64,000 nucleotides of DNA from Macrostomum lignano (lineage: Eukaryota): contig NIVC01001735.1 in assembly GCA_002269645.1 (NCBI GenBank), positions 118,888 to 182,887 of the forward strand, given 5' to 3'. The number at the start of each line of letters is the position of its first letter. Within the stretch, counting starts at the first letter, position 1. Below the pieces are notes generated by a model. The model was not told the DNA's origin, did not search any database, and saw nothing but the letters and a program-made list of their open reading frames with translations. Made by a program: the position numbers and the translations under genes. Below, in pieces: positions 26,250 through 37,514 of this stretch.

Positions 26250-26764
26250 GATTATTTATACAATACAAAAGGTCATTTATTGTTGCAACACTAACAGATT
26301 TGAAAGTGTAGGCGTACACTAATTTTTTGGTTGCATTTATAACTATTCAATTTTTGTTCATGCATGCATTAAGCATGATCTGGATTATAGAGTTGCACTA
26401 ATTAATTTAACTAAAAGTAGGTACTAAGGCCTATTTATAAAATGGTGCCTATTCTATATAGTATAGATATGCCTAGATGGTGGGTCAAATTAAGCCATAT
26501 AGAGTTTAATGTCTTATTCAAAAAAGTATTTCAAGTAGTTTAGTTAGTAATAAGTAAGTAGATAGTTATTAGGTAGGTTAGAAATCAAAACTTTGACCCT
26601 TTGATTTTATAAATCTAATGCTCTAACTAACCACTAGTCTATAACTTAAATACTTTTGGATATTAGACTAAATGTTATCTATTTTTTACCTAATTGTTTA
26701 TTGCCTAACTATATCTTTAAATGTTATAATTTGGATGAATAGATATAAACACATATAAACATAT

Positions 26765-26975
26765 GAGCAGACTGCAATATGCAGATGAGCAGACTGCAAT
26801 ATGCAGATGAGCAGACTGCAATATGCAGATGAGCAGACTATAATATGCAGATGAGCAGACTGCAATATGCAGATGAGCAGACTGCAATATGCAGATGAGC
26901 AGACTATAATATGCAGATGAGCAGACTGCGATATGCAGATGAGTAGACTGCAATATGCAGATGAGCAGACTGCAA
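26765..26975. repeat. 22-bp minisatellite (gcagactgcaatatgcagatga)
   Basis: gcagact at 26767 and 26789. Confidence 0.92.
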
Positions 26976-27030
26976 TATTAACACTGCAATATTGAGCAGA
27001 CTAATATCAGTTATTTGAACTACTGGCTTC

Positions 27031-27348
27031 ATGTCTCTCCGTCGACTTGTCCAATTCGCCACTGTTGGCACTGCATCAGCATGGCGACGGCGTCGGCCCT
27101 ACCTTCTGGTTGGCATGGCAACCGTGGCCACATCGGGCGCGGCGCTGGCTCTGTCTATTAAAAGAGAAAACTGGCCGGAATTGCCACTTCCAGCTGTTGT
27201 CAAATCGGCACCCGTGTGCAGCGCGGCCAGCATTGGGCGGCCGCAGCACTGGATGACCGACCCAGTGTCCGAGACAGGCTGGCTATGCGATCCGTCCAAT
27301 AGTGCCGAGCCCCGAGTCGGCATGGAGCGACTCTGTATGGATTTGCAG
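27031..27348 (+). CDS. CPOX: Coproporphyrinogen III oxidase exon 1 of 3 (probable mitochondrial presequence)
   Basis: Arg/Ser/Ala-rich, acid-poor N-terminus then MERLCMDLQ; donor at 27349 (phase 0) joins exon 2 in frame. Confidence 0.8.
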
Positions 27349-27469
27349 GTTTGACTGGCTTGTGTCTATGCTGCTCCTAGATAGTGCGTGTTTTCATTGC
27401 CTAGGTCATTGATTGTTTCCTTAGGAATGCCTGTTTCCTAGATTTGCGTCTAATCTTATCGCCCTCTAG

Positions 27470-28622
27470 AGTCGTGTCTAATCGCCATCTAGATTCGTAT
27501 CTAATCACCATCTAGAGTCGTGTCTAATCGCCATCTAGATTCGTATCTAATCACCATCTAGAGTCGTGTCTAATCGCCATCTAGATTCGTATCTAATCAC
27601 CATCTAGAGTCGTGTCTAATCGCCATCTAGATTCGTATCTAATCACCATCTAGAGTCGTGTCTAATCGCCATCTAGATTCGTATCTAATCACCATCTAGA
27701 GTCGTGTCTAATCGCCATCTAGATTCGTATCTAATCACCATCTAGAGTCGTGTCTATTCCCATCTAGATTCGTATCTAATCACCATTTAGAGTCGTGTCT
27801 AATCAACATCTAGAGTCGTGTCTAATCACCATCTAGAGTCGTGTCTAATCAACATCTAGAGTCGTGTCTAATCACCATCTAGATTCGTATCTAATCACCA
27901 TCTAGAGTCGTGTCTAATCGCCATCTAGATTCGTATCTAATCACCATCTAGAGTCGTGTCTAATCGCCATCTAGATTCGTATCTAATCACCATCTAGAGT
28001 CGTGTCTAATCGCCATCTAGATTCGTATCTAATCACCATCTAGAGTCGTGTCTAATCGCCATCTAGATTCGTATCTAATCACCATCTAGAGTCGTGTCTA
28101 TTCCCATCTAGATTCGTATCTAATCACCATTTAGAGTCGTGTCTAATCAACATCTAGAGTCGTGTCTAATCACCATCTAGAGTCGTGTCTAATCAACATC
28201 TAGAGTCGTGTCTAATCACCATCTAGATTCGTATCTAATCACCATCTAGAGTCGTGTCTAATCGCCATCTAGATTCGTATCTAATCACCATCTAGAGTCG
28301 TGTCTAATTGCCATCTAGATTCGTATCTAATCACCATCTAGAGTCGTGTCTATTCCCATCTAGATTCGTATCTAATCACCATCTAGAGTCGTGTCTATTC
28401 CCATCTAGATTCGTATCTAATCACCATTTAGAGTCGTGTCTAATCAACATCTAGAGTCGTGTCTAATCACCATCTAGAGTCGTGTCTAATCAACATCTAG
28501 AGTCGTGTCTAATCACCATCTAGAGTCGTGTCTAATCACCATCTAGATTCGTATCTAATCACCATCTAGATTCGTATCTAATCACCATCTAGATTCGTAT
28601 CTAATCACCATCTAGAGTCGTA
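27470..28622. repeat. 23-bp minisatellite, often alternating as a 46-bp dimer, in CPOX intron 1
   Basis: tctaatcaccatctagagtcgtg / tctaatcgccatctagattcgta. Confidence 0.95.
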
Positions 28623-28702
28623 TAATTTCTCCAAGTGACATGTCTCCATAGACTGAGTACAACATTGTATGACTATAACATAATTAAATCTACATATTCA
28701 AG

Positions 28703-29151
28703 GGCCGCCTATGCCGCGCCATGGAAGAACTGGACGGCGAAGCCCGTTTCATAGTTGACAAATGGGCTCGGCCCTCCGGCGGCGGCGGCATCTCCTGCGT
28801 GCTAACCGACGGTGTCGTGTTTGAACGGGCCGGCGTCAACATCAGCGTGGTGCACGGCAGCCTCACCCAGCAGGCTGTGCGCCAGATGAACTCGCGGCCG
28901 GATCGGCACAAGCTGCCCGAGGGCAAGGAGCTGCCATTCTGCGCTATCGGCATTAGCTCGGTTATCCATCCGCGCAATCCGTTTGTCCCAACTATGCACT
29001 TTAATTTCCGCTACTTCGAAATTGACGATGGCAAAGGCGGCGTCTCTTGGTGGTACGGCGGCGGCGCCGATCTGACGCCGACGTTTCTCGATAAAGACGA
29101 CGCGACGCATTTCCACAGGACGCTGAAGGCCGCCTGCGATAACCACGACAA
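28703..29151 (+). CDS. CPOX: CPOX exon 2 of 3
   Basis: [44 protein letters not shown] and [11 protein letters not shown] are HemF/CPOX motifs; donor GTGAGC at 29152. Confidence 0.95.
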
Positions 29152-29334
29152 GTGAGCGACGTTGCGTTACGTTTATTGACCTTGGGTAGGCAGGGGTAAC
29201 GCCTCTGTAGCGCAAGCAGTCAATCATGGCTTGAATCGACACAGTCGGTTAATAGCCGATCTAGAGTTTTATTAGGCATAAACACCTTTTTAGATCTTCA
29301 GACCTTTAATGGACCTTACATTTCAATAGGCATC

Positions 29335-30265
29335 CAGACCTTCAATACACTCAGACCCTCAAAAGACACACCCAGACCCTCAATATATATACAGTCAGCC
29401 CCTCAATAGGCACCCAGACCTTCAATACACTCAGACCTTCAATACACTCAGACCTTCAATACACTCAGACCTTCAATACACTCAGACCCTCAAAAGACAC
29501 ACCCAGACCCTCAATATATATACAGTCAGCCCCTCAATAGGCACCCAGACCTTCAATACACTCAGACCTTCAATACACTCAGACCCTCAAAAGACACACC
29601 CAGACCCTCAATATATATACAGTCAGCCCCTCAATAGGCACCCAGACCTTTAATACACTCAGACCTTCAATACACTCAGACCCTCAAAAGACACACCCAG
29701 ACCCTCAATATATATACAGTCAGCCCCTCAATAGGCACCCAGACCTTTAATACACTCAGACCTTCAATACACTCAGACCCTCAAAAGACACACCCAGACC
29801 CTCAATATATATACAGTCAGCCCCTCAATAGGCACCATACATGCGCAACCTTGGGATTCTCTCGGCCGTTTCTATTGGCAACACACACATGTAAGTCGCT
29901 ATTGGCTGAGAGCAGTCACGTGACTACTATTCTGTCCAATAGCGACTTACATGTGTGTGTTGCCAATAGAAACGGCCGAGTGAATCCCAAGGTTGCGCCC
30001 AAGCATGATAGGCACCCAGACCTTCAATACACTCAGACCCTCAGTAGACACACTCAGACCTTCAATAGGCACTCAGACCCTCAATAGACACACTCAGACC
30101 TTCAAAAGACACTCAGACCTTCGATAGACACACTCAGATCTTCAATAGGCACACTCAGCCCCTTTACAGGCACTCAGACCCTCAATAGACACACTCAGAC
30201 CCTCAATTGACACACTCAGCCTCTCAATAGACACACCCAGACCCTCAATAGACATCACAGACCTT
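29335..30265. repeat. Compound cagacc(t/c)tcaata-based minisatellite with ~100-bp higher-order units in CPOX intron 2
   Basis: Repeated cagaccttcaatacact and cagaccctcaatatatatacagtcagcccctcaataggcac blocks. Confidence 0.88.
29836..30007. mobile_element. Fold-back hAT-type MITE (third subfamily)
   Basis: Left TIR CATACATGCGCAAC; 8-bp TSD ATAGGCAC (29828-29835 and 30008-30015); whole element is a near palindrome centred on gtcacgtgac. Confidence 0.85.
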
Positions 30266-30323
30266 TACAAGATATCCAGGCCTTTATTAGCTAGCTACGT
30301 ATACCACTACAATCTACTGCCAG

Positions 30324-30759
30324 ATCGCTGTACCCCAAGTACAAAGCCTGGTGCGACAATTACTTCGTCATCGAGCATCGCGGCGAGCGACGCGGAGTTG
30401 GCGGCATCTTTTTCGACGACGTTGACTCGCCCAACCAGCCAGCCGCGTTCGCTTTCGTATCCTCGTGCGCCGACGCCATCGAAGCCGCCTACCTGCCCAT
30501 AGTGCGCCGGAACATGCGACGCGGCTATTCCTACGCTGACCGGCAGTGGCAGCTGCTCCGACGGGGTCGCTACGTAGAGTTTAATCTGGTGTACGATCGG
30601 GGCACCAAGTTCGGTCTGTTCACTAAGGACGCCAGGATTGAGAGCATCTTAATGAGCTTGCCGCCGCTGGCTCGCTGGGAGTACTGCCACGATCCCGACT
30701 CTGATCCGGTCAAGGCTCAGCTGATGCGGGTGCTCAGGGAGCCAGTTGACTGGGCCTAA
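30324..30759 (+). CDS. CPOX: CPOX exon 3 of 3
   Basis: Acceptor ctgccag (phase 2); [51 protein letters not shown]; TAA stop. Confidence 0.95.
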
Positions 30760-30809
30760 GTGCGCTAGTGATCTAGCTATTGGCACTAGGAGCTCTAGAT
30801 AAGATTTCC

Positions 30810-31168
30810 TCAAGCTGCTGGGCAACTCGCCAGCCTCCCAGATCCTCAGCTGCTGGGCCACCCGCCAGCCTCCCAGATCCACAGCTGCTGGGCCACCCGC
30901 CAGCCTCCCAGATCCACAGCTGCTGGGCCACCCGCCAGCCTCTCAGATCCACAGCTGCTGGGCCACCCGCCAGCCTCTCAGATCCACAGCTGCTGGGCAA
31001 CCCGCCAGCCTCCCAGATCCTCAGTTGCTGGGATACCCACCAGCCTCCCAGATCCTCAGCTGCTGGGCAACCCGCCAGCCTCCCAGATCCTCAGCTGCTG
31101 GGCAACCCGCCAGCCTCCCAGATCCTCAGCTGCTGGGCAACCCGCCAGCCTCTCAGATCCTGAGCTGC
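30810..31168. repeat. 35-bp minisatellite (gctgctgggccacccgccagcctcccagatcctca) just 3' of CPOX
   Basis: gctgctggg at 30849 and 30884. Confidence 0.9.
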
Positions 31169-31727
31169 TCGTTAATCTTCTTAGCATAAGTCAGTCCTGA
31201 AAAATATGTTATAAAGTGTAACCACTCGATTTGTGAGTTTTGCTAATCATCGTCTTATCTATTACTTTTTCATTACATATACACTCTGGCGCTGGTTTTC
31301 CCTAGTTTGAATTGGTGCTCTTTTGCTTATACTATGCGCATATTTGCATCCTGTGTAGTTTCCAGTTTAGCGACCAAGAGATTCATTGATAATTTGACAG
31401 CAATCACTTAATTAATGCACTTAGTTATATGCGCTTTAATGTGCATTTTTATTGCCCTAAATATACGTTATTTCCTAATTAATCTTTCTAATGCTTCAGC
31501 TTTACTCATAGAATGTGTTTTTTATCGGAAAGCTTGTTTCGCAAATATCTGGATTGTATTTTACCCCTAATTCTGCATTAAAAATGAACAGGGTCTGGAT
31601 GCTTAGTAAAGCATATTGGGTCGCATTTTCCTGGTTTATATTTTTTTAACCAGACAATTACTTACAAGTCAGGCATAGCAGGCTTTAGTTTGATCAATAC
31701 AAGCATTAGACAGGCAACTTTAGTTTG

Positions 31728-32030
31728 GATGGGTTGTAGCATACTGGTTAGAACGTTCGGATTAACGACTGAAACCTTGGGGGCTCGATTTCGACCCAAC
31801 TCGGAACAATTTGTGTCCTTGAGCAAGACACTTAACTCTGCATTGCTTCAGTTCAACCAGCTGTAAAATGGGTGCCAGCATTAGCTGGGGTAGTTGAGGG
31901 TGTGTGTGTGTGTGTGTGTGGTGACCCCCCCCCCAGTCTTTGGACTGAACAGCCGTACGCAGTCTTCAGCTGTCGGTTGCACATCAGCTTATTAGAGCAG
32001 GTGTGATCAATGGTTATAATTATAATTATT
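31728..32030 (+). mobile_element. CORE-type tRNA-derived SINE
   Basis: tRNA-like head, then tgtgtccttgagcaagacacttaactctgcattgcttcagttcaaccagctgtaaaatggg resembling the MIR/CORE domain as remembered; ends in a ttataa-type tail; boundaries approximate. Confidence 0.7.
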
Positions 32031-32054
32031 TTGTTTGACCAATAATTTCATTAG

Positions 32055-32918
32055 ACAGGTAGCTTTAGTCTGACCAATACAAGCATTAGACAGGTAGCTG
32101 TAATTTACCAATAGAGACATTAGGCAGACAGTTTTCTGTTCCATACAGACATTAGACAGGTAGCTGTAATTTACCAATAGAGACATTAGGCAGACAGTTT
32201 CTGTTCCATGCAGACATTAGGCAGGTAGCTGTAATTGACCAATAGAGACATTAGGCAGACAGTTTCTGTTCCATGCAGACATTAGGCAGGTAGCTGTAAT
32301 TGACCAATAGAGACATTAGGCAGACAGTTTCTGTTCCATGCAGACATTAGACAGGTAGCTGTAATTTACCAATAGAGACATTAGGCAGACAGTTTCTGTT
32401 CCATGCAGACATTAGACAGGTAGCTGTAATTTACCAATAGAGACATTAGGCAGACAGTTTCTGTTCCATACAGACATTAGACAGGTAGCTGTAATTTACC
32501 AATAGAGACATTAGACAGACAGTTTTCTGATACATACAGACATTAGACAGGTAGCTGTAATTTACCAATGGAGACATTAGGCAGACAGTTTTCTGTTCCA
32601 TACAGACATTAGACAGGTAGCTGTAATTTACCAATAGAGACATTAGACAGACAGTTTTCTGTTCCATACAGACATTAGACAGGTAGCTGTAATTTACCAA
32701 TGGAGACATTAGGCAGACAGTTTTCTGTTCCATACAGACATTAGACAGGTAGCTGTAATTTACCAATAGAGACATTAGGCAGACAGTTTTCTGTTCCATA
32801 CAGACATTAGACAGGTAGCTGTAATTTACCAATAGAGACATTAGGCAGACAGTTTTCTGTTCCATACAGACATTAGACAGGTAGCTGTAATTTACCAATA
32901 GAGACATTAGGCAGACAG
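32055..32918. repeat. 65-66 bp minisatellite between CPOX and the macrodomain gene
   Basis: tagacaggtagctgtaatttaccaatagagacattaggcagacagttttctgttccatacagacat units. Confidence 0.92.
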
Positions 32919-33003
32919 CCTTGGGTGGTCCGCAGAGGCATTGTACAGACTCACCTGAGCTTGGTAATTAACAATTAAATCATTTAATATATTCCATGCC
33001 TGC

Positions 33004-33208
33004 ATGTTGCGCATTGCAGCGAAAGCCGCTAAACTGCTGCCAATCAGTGCACACAGGCTCGGCAACTCAGTAACTAATCACTACCGTCGACTTCTTATTG
33101 CATCGTCCGCCACAATAGCAGCAGCAGCAACAGCAGTCGTCATGTCCGATAGAGGCCGAGCCAAGCTGCACGGTGCTTTTGGCACCAGTTACGATCCCAA
33201 GCATAGAG
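33004..33208 (+). CDS. MacroD-like protein, probable exon 1 of 3 (presequence-like)
   Basis: Basic/Ala-rich N-terminus; donor GTTAGT at 33209 (phase 1) is in frame with exon 2; an extra exon cannot be excluded. Confidence 0.6.
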
Positions 33209-33708
33209 GTTAGTTTGAAGATTTCGGCGGTATTGAATCTTGCAGTCTGTCAGTTTGTCAGGTTCAGTGGGTGGGGCTTTCGGGCGCAGCCGCAGATCTA
33301 CGAGTATGCGACTGTTGGCCCACAGCCAATGAGGAGGCAAGCAGTCATGTCCATTTCGCACTGGCCACAGAGCACGCGGATACTTACGCAGGCACAAAGT
33401 ATACTCAGCAACATTGAAAAGTCACCACTCTATGCGCCATTGAGCAATTCTCTTGGACTATTCTGAAATAAAAGATACAAGAAAATTGAGGGGTACATGT
33501 AAGCTTTAATCCGTCCAACCCTCGCACATCGCTCCCCCACTTGATTCCTCAACTCAAGTCTGCATCGGCGTAGCTAAGTTGCGTCACTCGCAAAGACCTG
33601 CACTTTCAAAAGTGGCGACCACAGACGGAATCTTAAGCGATGACTTTTCAATGTTGCAAAAGCCAACCCCAAGGCCGATTTTCAAACAGAGCATAGCCAA
33701 AAATGGAT

Positions 33709-33787
33709 GTGGCCGTGCTCGGAATCGAAACTAGTACTTTGACGCGAGATAGTCGGTCGCGCTTACCGCTGAGCTACTCTGTCCCCG
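33709..33787 (-). mobile_element. tRNA-derived SINE head in macrodomain intron 1
   Basis: Minus strand gtagctcagcggtaagcgcg..gtttcgattccgagcacggccac. Confidence 0.6.
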
Positions 33788-33866
33788 TTGCAATCTGTTA
33801 GATATTGATACTTAGCTCGAATATGGCAAATAAGACAACTTATCGCTAAATCACCTCCCACCCCAG

Positions 33867-34215
33867 ATGAGTTCCTGTCCATGCCGCTGGAGGAGCGCCG
33901 GAAGCAGTACAGCTGCGGCGAGAACTACACCCCCATGGTCGACATTCCAACCTGGGCGCAGCAGGCCGGCGCAGCCAAACAACCCAACGACGGCGACCCG
34001 CTAGCCAGACGCGTCTCGCTGCACGTTGGCGACATCACCAAGCTGGAGATCGACGCCATTGTTAATGCCGCTAATAGCAGCCTCTTGGGCGGCGGCGGCG
34101 TTGACGGCGCCATTCACCGAGCTGCTGGGCCGCTATTGAAGGCCGAGTGTGCTCAGCTGAAGGGCTGCGAAACCGGCGATGCCAAGGCCACCTGCGGTTA
34201 TAAACTGCCTGCTAG
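33867..34215 (+). CDS. MACROD: MacroD-type macrodomain (mono-ADP-ribosylhydrolase), exon 2 of 3
   Basis: [35 protein letters not shown] signature; acceptor ccccag; donor at 34216. Confidence 0.92.
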
Positions 34216-34254
34216 GTACAGTGCAGCTTGGATTGCTCAAGGCTACCGCCAGCA

Positions 34255-34600
34255 TCCCAGTTCCTCAGTTGTTGGGTCAATTGCCACCCTCCCCCATCCT
34301 TAGTTGCTGGGCCACCGCCAGCCTCCCCGATCCTCAGTTGCTGGGCCAGCCTCCCCGATCCTCAGTTGCTGGGCCAGCCTCCCCGATCCTCAGTTGCTGG
34401 GCCAGCCTCCCAAATCCTCAGTTGCTGGGCCACCGCCACCCTCCCCGATCCTCAGTTGCTGGACCAGCTTCCCCAATCCTCAGTTACTAGGCCAGCCTCC
34501 CCGATCCTCAGTTGCTAGGCCACCGCCACCCTCCCAGATCCTCAGTTGCTGGGCCACCGCCACCCTCCCAGATCCTCAGTTGCTGGGCCACCGCCAGGCT
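34255..34600. repeat. Variable 28-35 bp minisatellite (gatcctcagttgctgggcc..) in macrodomain intron 2
   Basis: Tandem units related to the 30810-31168 array. Confidence 0.85.
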
Positions 34601-34657
34601 CCCAATCTCCATCATAAATATCGGGCAATTTCAGCATCCCAAAACATGCCCGCCCAG

Positions 34658-35300
34658 GTACGTGCTGCACACGGTCGGGCCAATGGGCTCCGGTGACAAA
34701 GCCCTGAGAAGTTGCTACAGCCGCTGTCTGGAATTAGCGCGTCAGCACGGCCTCACCAGCGTCGCTTTCCCCTGCATCAGCACCGGAGTCTATGGCTTCC
34801 CGGCTGAACGAGCGGCCAAAATTGCCTTGGAGACTGTGCGCGATTTTCTAGCCAACGACAAGTACGGCGAGAAAATTGAGCGCATCATATTCTGCGTGTT
34901 TCTCGATGCGGACTACCGCCTGTACACCCAGCTGCTGCCCGAGTACTTCCCCACTAAGCGACTGCCCACCAAGAAGCAGAAGGAAGAGCAGGAAGCGGCC
35001 GCTGAGACATCCGCTCCTGCCGGTGAGACATCCGCCCCTGCCGGTGAGACACCCGCTCCTGCTGGCGAGACATCCGCCCCTGCCGGTGAGACATCCGCTC
35101 CTGCCGGTGAGACATCCGCCCCTGCTGGTGAGACATCCGCGCCTGCTGGTGAGACATCCGCCCCTGCTGGCGAGACATCCGCCCCTGCTGGTGAGACATC
35201 CGCCCCTGCCGGTGAGACATCCGCCCCTGCCGGTGAGACATCCGCCCCTGCCGGTGAGACACCCGCCACTGCCGGTGATACCACCCAGCCAGCCACTTAA
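34658..35300 (+). CDS. MACROD: MacroD-type macrodomain exon 3 of 3, with APAGETS repeat tail
   Basis: PAR|YVLHTVGP join; SVAFPCISTGVYGFP; IIFCVF; TAA stop. Confidence 0.92.
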
Positions 35301-36282
35301 ATGAATTTAATTTCAAAAGATTCGTTGTGCGACTATTAACACTGCCATTTTTATAAGTTTTTAACATGTCTTAAGTCCCATATATTCAAGCTGTTTTCCT
35401 TTCTCTTATTCAGAAAAATTTTCAAGATCGTGTTTTGGCTTTTTTCGTTTTATTTTTCTAACTCGATCTTAATATACGAAATCTACGAATATACGACTTT
35501 TGCATAGGGATCGCTGCAGGTGGATTGGCCACTATTTTATGGTAAAGTGATTACAATGCATACAAAACTGAAACACCAAACCAAAAAAACTTGCTACAAA
35601 ACTTTTTGTTGCGCTCATTCTAAAAAAATATTGAAGTCGCCAGCCTTCTGGACCATCGATATTTTGAAAGATTCTGTCAGAAGGTTGGATTTTCTTCTAT
35701 GAATGCTAGTGTAGTCCCCTGTTTAGTCCGGCCTTGCTAAGTCTTCAACTTTCATTAGTGCGTTCATCTCTGACTTCGTTGGCCCTCTGGCCTTCAGCCA
35801 GGTGGAGCTTCTGGACCTTCAACAGGGTAGCACCAGGTGACTATGGACACCCTGTTTGCAACTATGTCAGATTTCGCTGACTAATTAAGCCTTGACCTCA
35901 ACTGCTAGTTATCCTCCTGAACTAGTCTCTCAAGCATTCCGTCTGTGGGCCTTACCACGAGGTATTTCTAGCTCGTACTGTTAATCGGATGCTTACTGTT
36001 GGATCCTCAAGCACTAATTCTCTTGTACAATATAATAAAATGATGAATAACATCGACACGGCTCTTTGAGAACAGAAATATTTGGCTGCTTCTGCTCATT
36101 AGAAACCGAGCAGCCGCGACAAGTCCCGATGTATTTCTCTTTGTTGGCAAATAAATGAACGCCGGCAACTCTAAAACAGGACGCTCTCTAATACAGGAGC
36201 GCGATTGATTATTGGCCAGAAAATGAAAATGCTTGTCCACACAATTGTTATTAAACTATATAGGTTTAATATCGGGGCCGGG

Positions 36283-37215
36283 TCAGCCGTTCACCTTGCT
36301 CAGAACCAGCTCGGGCGCCATGCGGCCGGCCTTGTCCGCCACTAGCGACCACTGCGACACGAGCGCGTACTTGGACATCGGTGCCTCTCCGTACTTGAAG
36401 CCCATGAAAGTGTGCAGTATGCCGCCGACGTCGCCTTCGTCGTCGTCTTCGTCGTCATCCTGGCCGAGTCGGAGCATGGGCGACTTGGCGCCTGGACTGC
36501 GCGGAATCGGGCCAGCCGCTTCGTCGTCCACTATCAGGGCCCGATGAATGACGGCAAAGTTGACGCGCGGCCTGCGGTACTTCTTGATCGGCTTCAGCAC
36601 TGGCTGGCCGTTTGCCTCGTCGTTGGCGATCTTCAACAGAAAGTGGCAGTGGATCAGCTCGGACGAGGTCACGCTGGAGATGCGGTAGTCTCCGACCGCC
36701 ACCTTGGGCAGTTCGCAGTACACAAAGTATTTTTTGCGCTTCTTATCGCCGTGCCTTTGCCGACTGCTGTCCCGACGACGGCGCTTAGTGTCCTCAGCCC
36801 CGGAGTCTGGCGACGCATCCGCTTGCTGCCGCTGCAGCTCCTCTTGGTGGCGTCGCTCCTCTTCTTCCTGCTTCTGCCGCTGCAGCTCTTCCTCTCTCTC
36901 TGCTTCTTTCGCTGCAGCGGCACTGCCTTTGCGGAAATCTTCCTCCAAATTCTCCTGTTGCGCCTCGCCGCCTGCCTCATCTTGACCGTAGCGAATTAAG
37001 GGACTCTTCACGTCCGGGCTCTTCGGTATGGGACCTCTAGCATCCTCGTCCTCGATAAATGGTCGGTGAATGACGGCCACGTTGACCACTGGCACTTTGT
37101 AGGCCTTGATCGGCAGTAGAGTCAGTGGAACGTCTTCATTCTCGGAGATCTTCATCAGAAAGTGGAACCGAAGTATGCTTCCAACTACGCAGCTTGACTT
37201 GTGATAATCACCGAT
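36283..37215 (-). CDS. Orphan protein with a twice-repeated ~95-aa domain, exon 2 of 2
   Basis: Acceptor tttttag at 37216+; open frame to the stop; internal duplication continues across the splice junction. Confidence 0.75.
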   Translation of the reverse strand: MGDYHKSSCVVGSILRFHFLMKISENEDVPLTLLPIKAYKVPVVNVAVIHRPFIEDEDARGPIPKSPDVKSPLIRYGQDEAGGEAQQENLEEDFRKGSAAAAKEAEREEELQRQKQEEEERRHQEELQRQQADASPDSGAEDTKRRRRDSSRQRHGDKKRKKYFVYCELPKVAVGDYRISSVTSSELIHCHFLLKIANDEANGQPVLKPIKKYRRPRVNFAVIHRALIVDDEAAGPIPRSPGAKSPMLRLGQDDDEDDDEGDVGGILHTFMGFKYGEAPMSKYALVSQWSLVADKAGRMAPELVLSKVNG

Positions 37216-37334
37216 CTAAAAAATAGTTCAGTTATAAGCAGAAAATAATTACATTTTACGAGGTACTGTTATTAATATTTAGCCAATCGTAATACACGTC
37301 ATTGTTCTGTCATTCTTCTGCTCATTAAACCTAC

Positions 37335-37514
37335 CTTGACCTTCGGCAACTCCATGTAGACCAGGTAGCGCTTGGTAATGTGCCCCTGATTGGCATAGTT
37401 GTTGGCATTCTTCGTTTCATTCAGCTCACAACTTTCGATGCTGCTTTCGTGTGAGAAGTCCCGCGATAGCAGCTTGTGTCTGTCTACTACCGCCATTGTT
37501 TTTTGTTGTGCCAT
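37335..37514 (-). CDS. Orphan duplicated-domain protein, exon 1 of 2
   Basis: Donor GTAGGT at 37334; the join gives YLVYMELPKVK|IGDY, matching repeat 2 YFVYCELPKVAVGDY. Confidence 0.72.
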
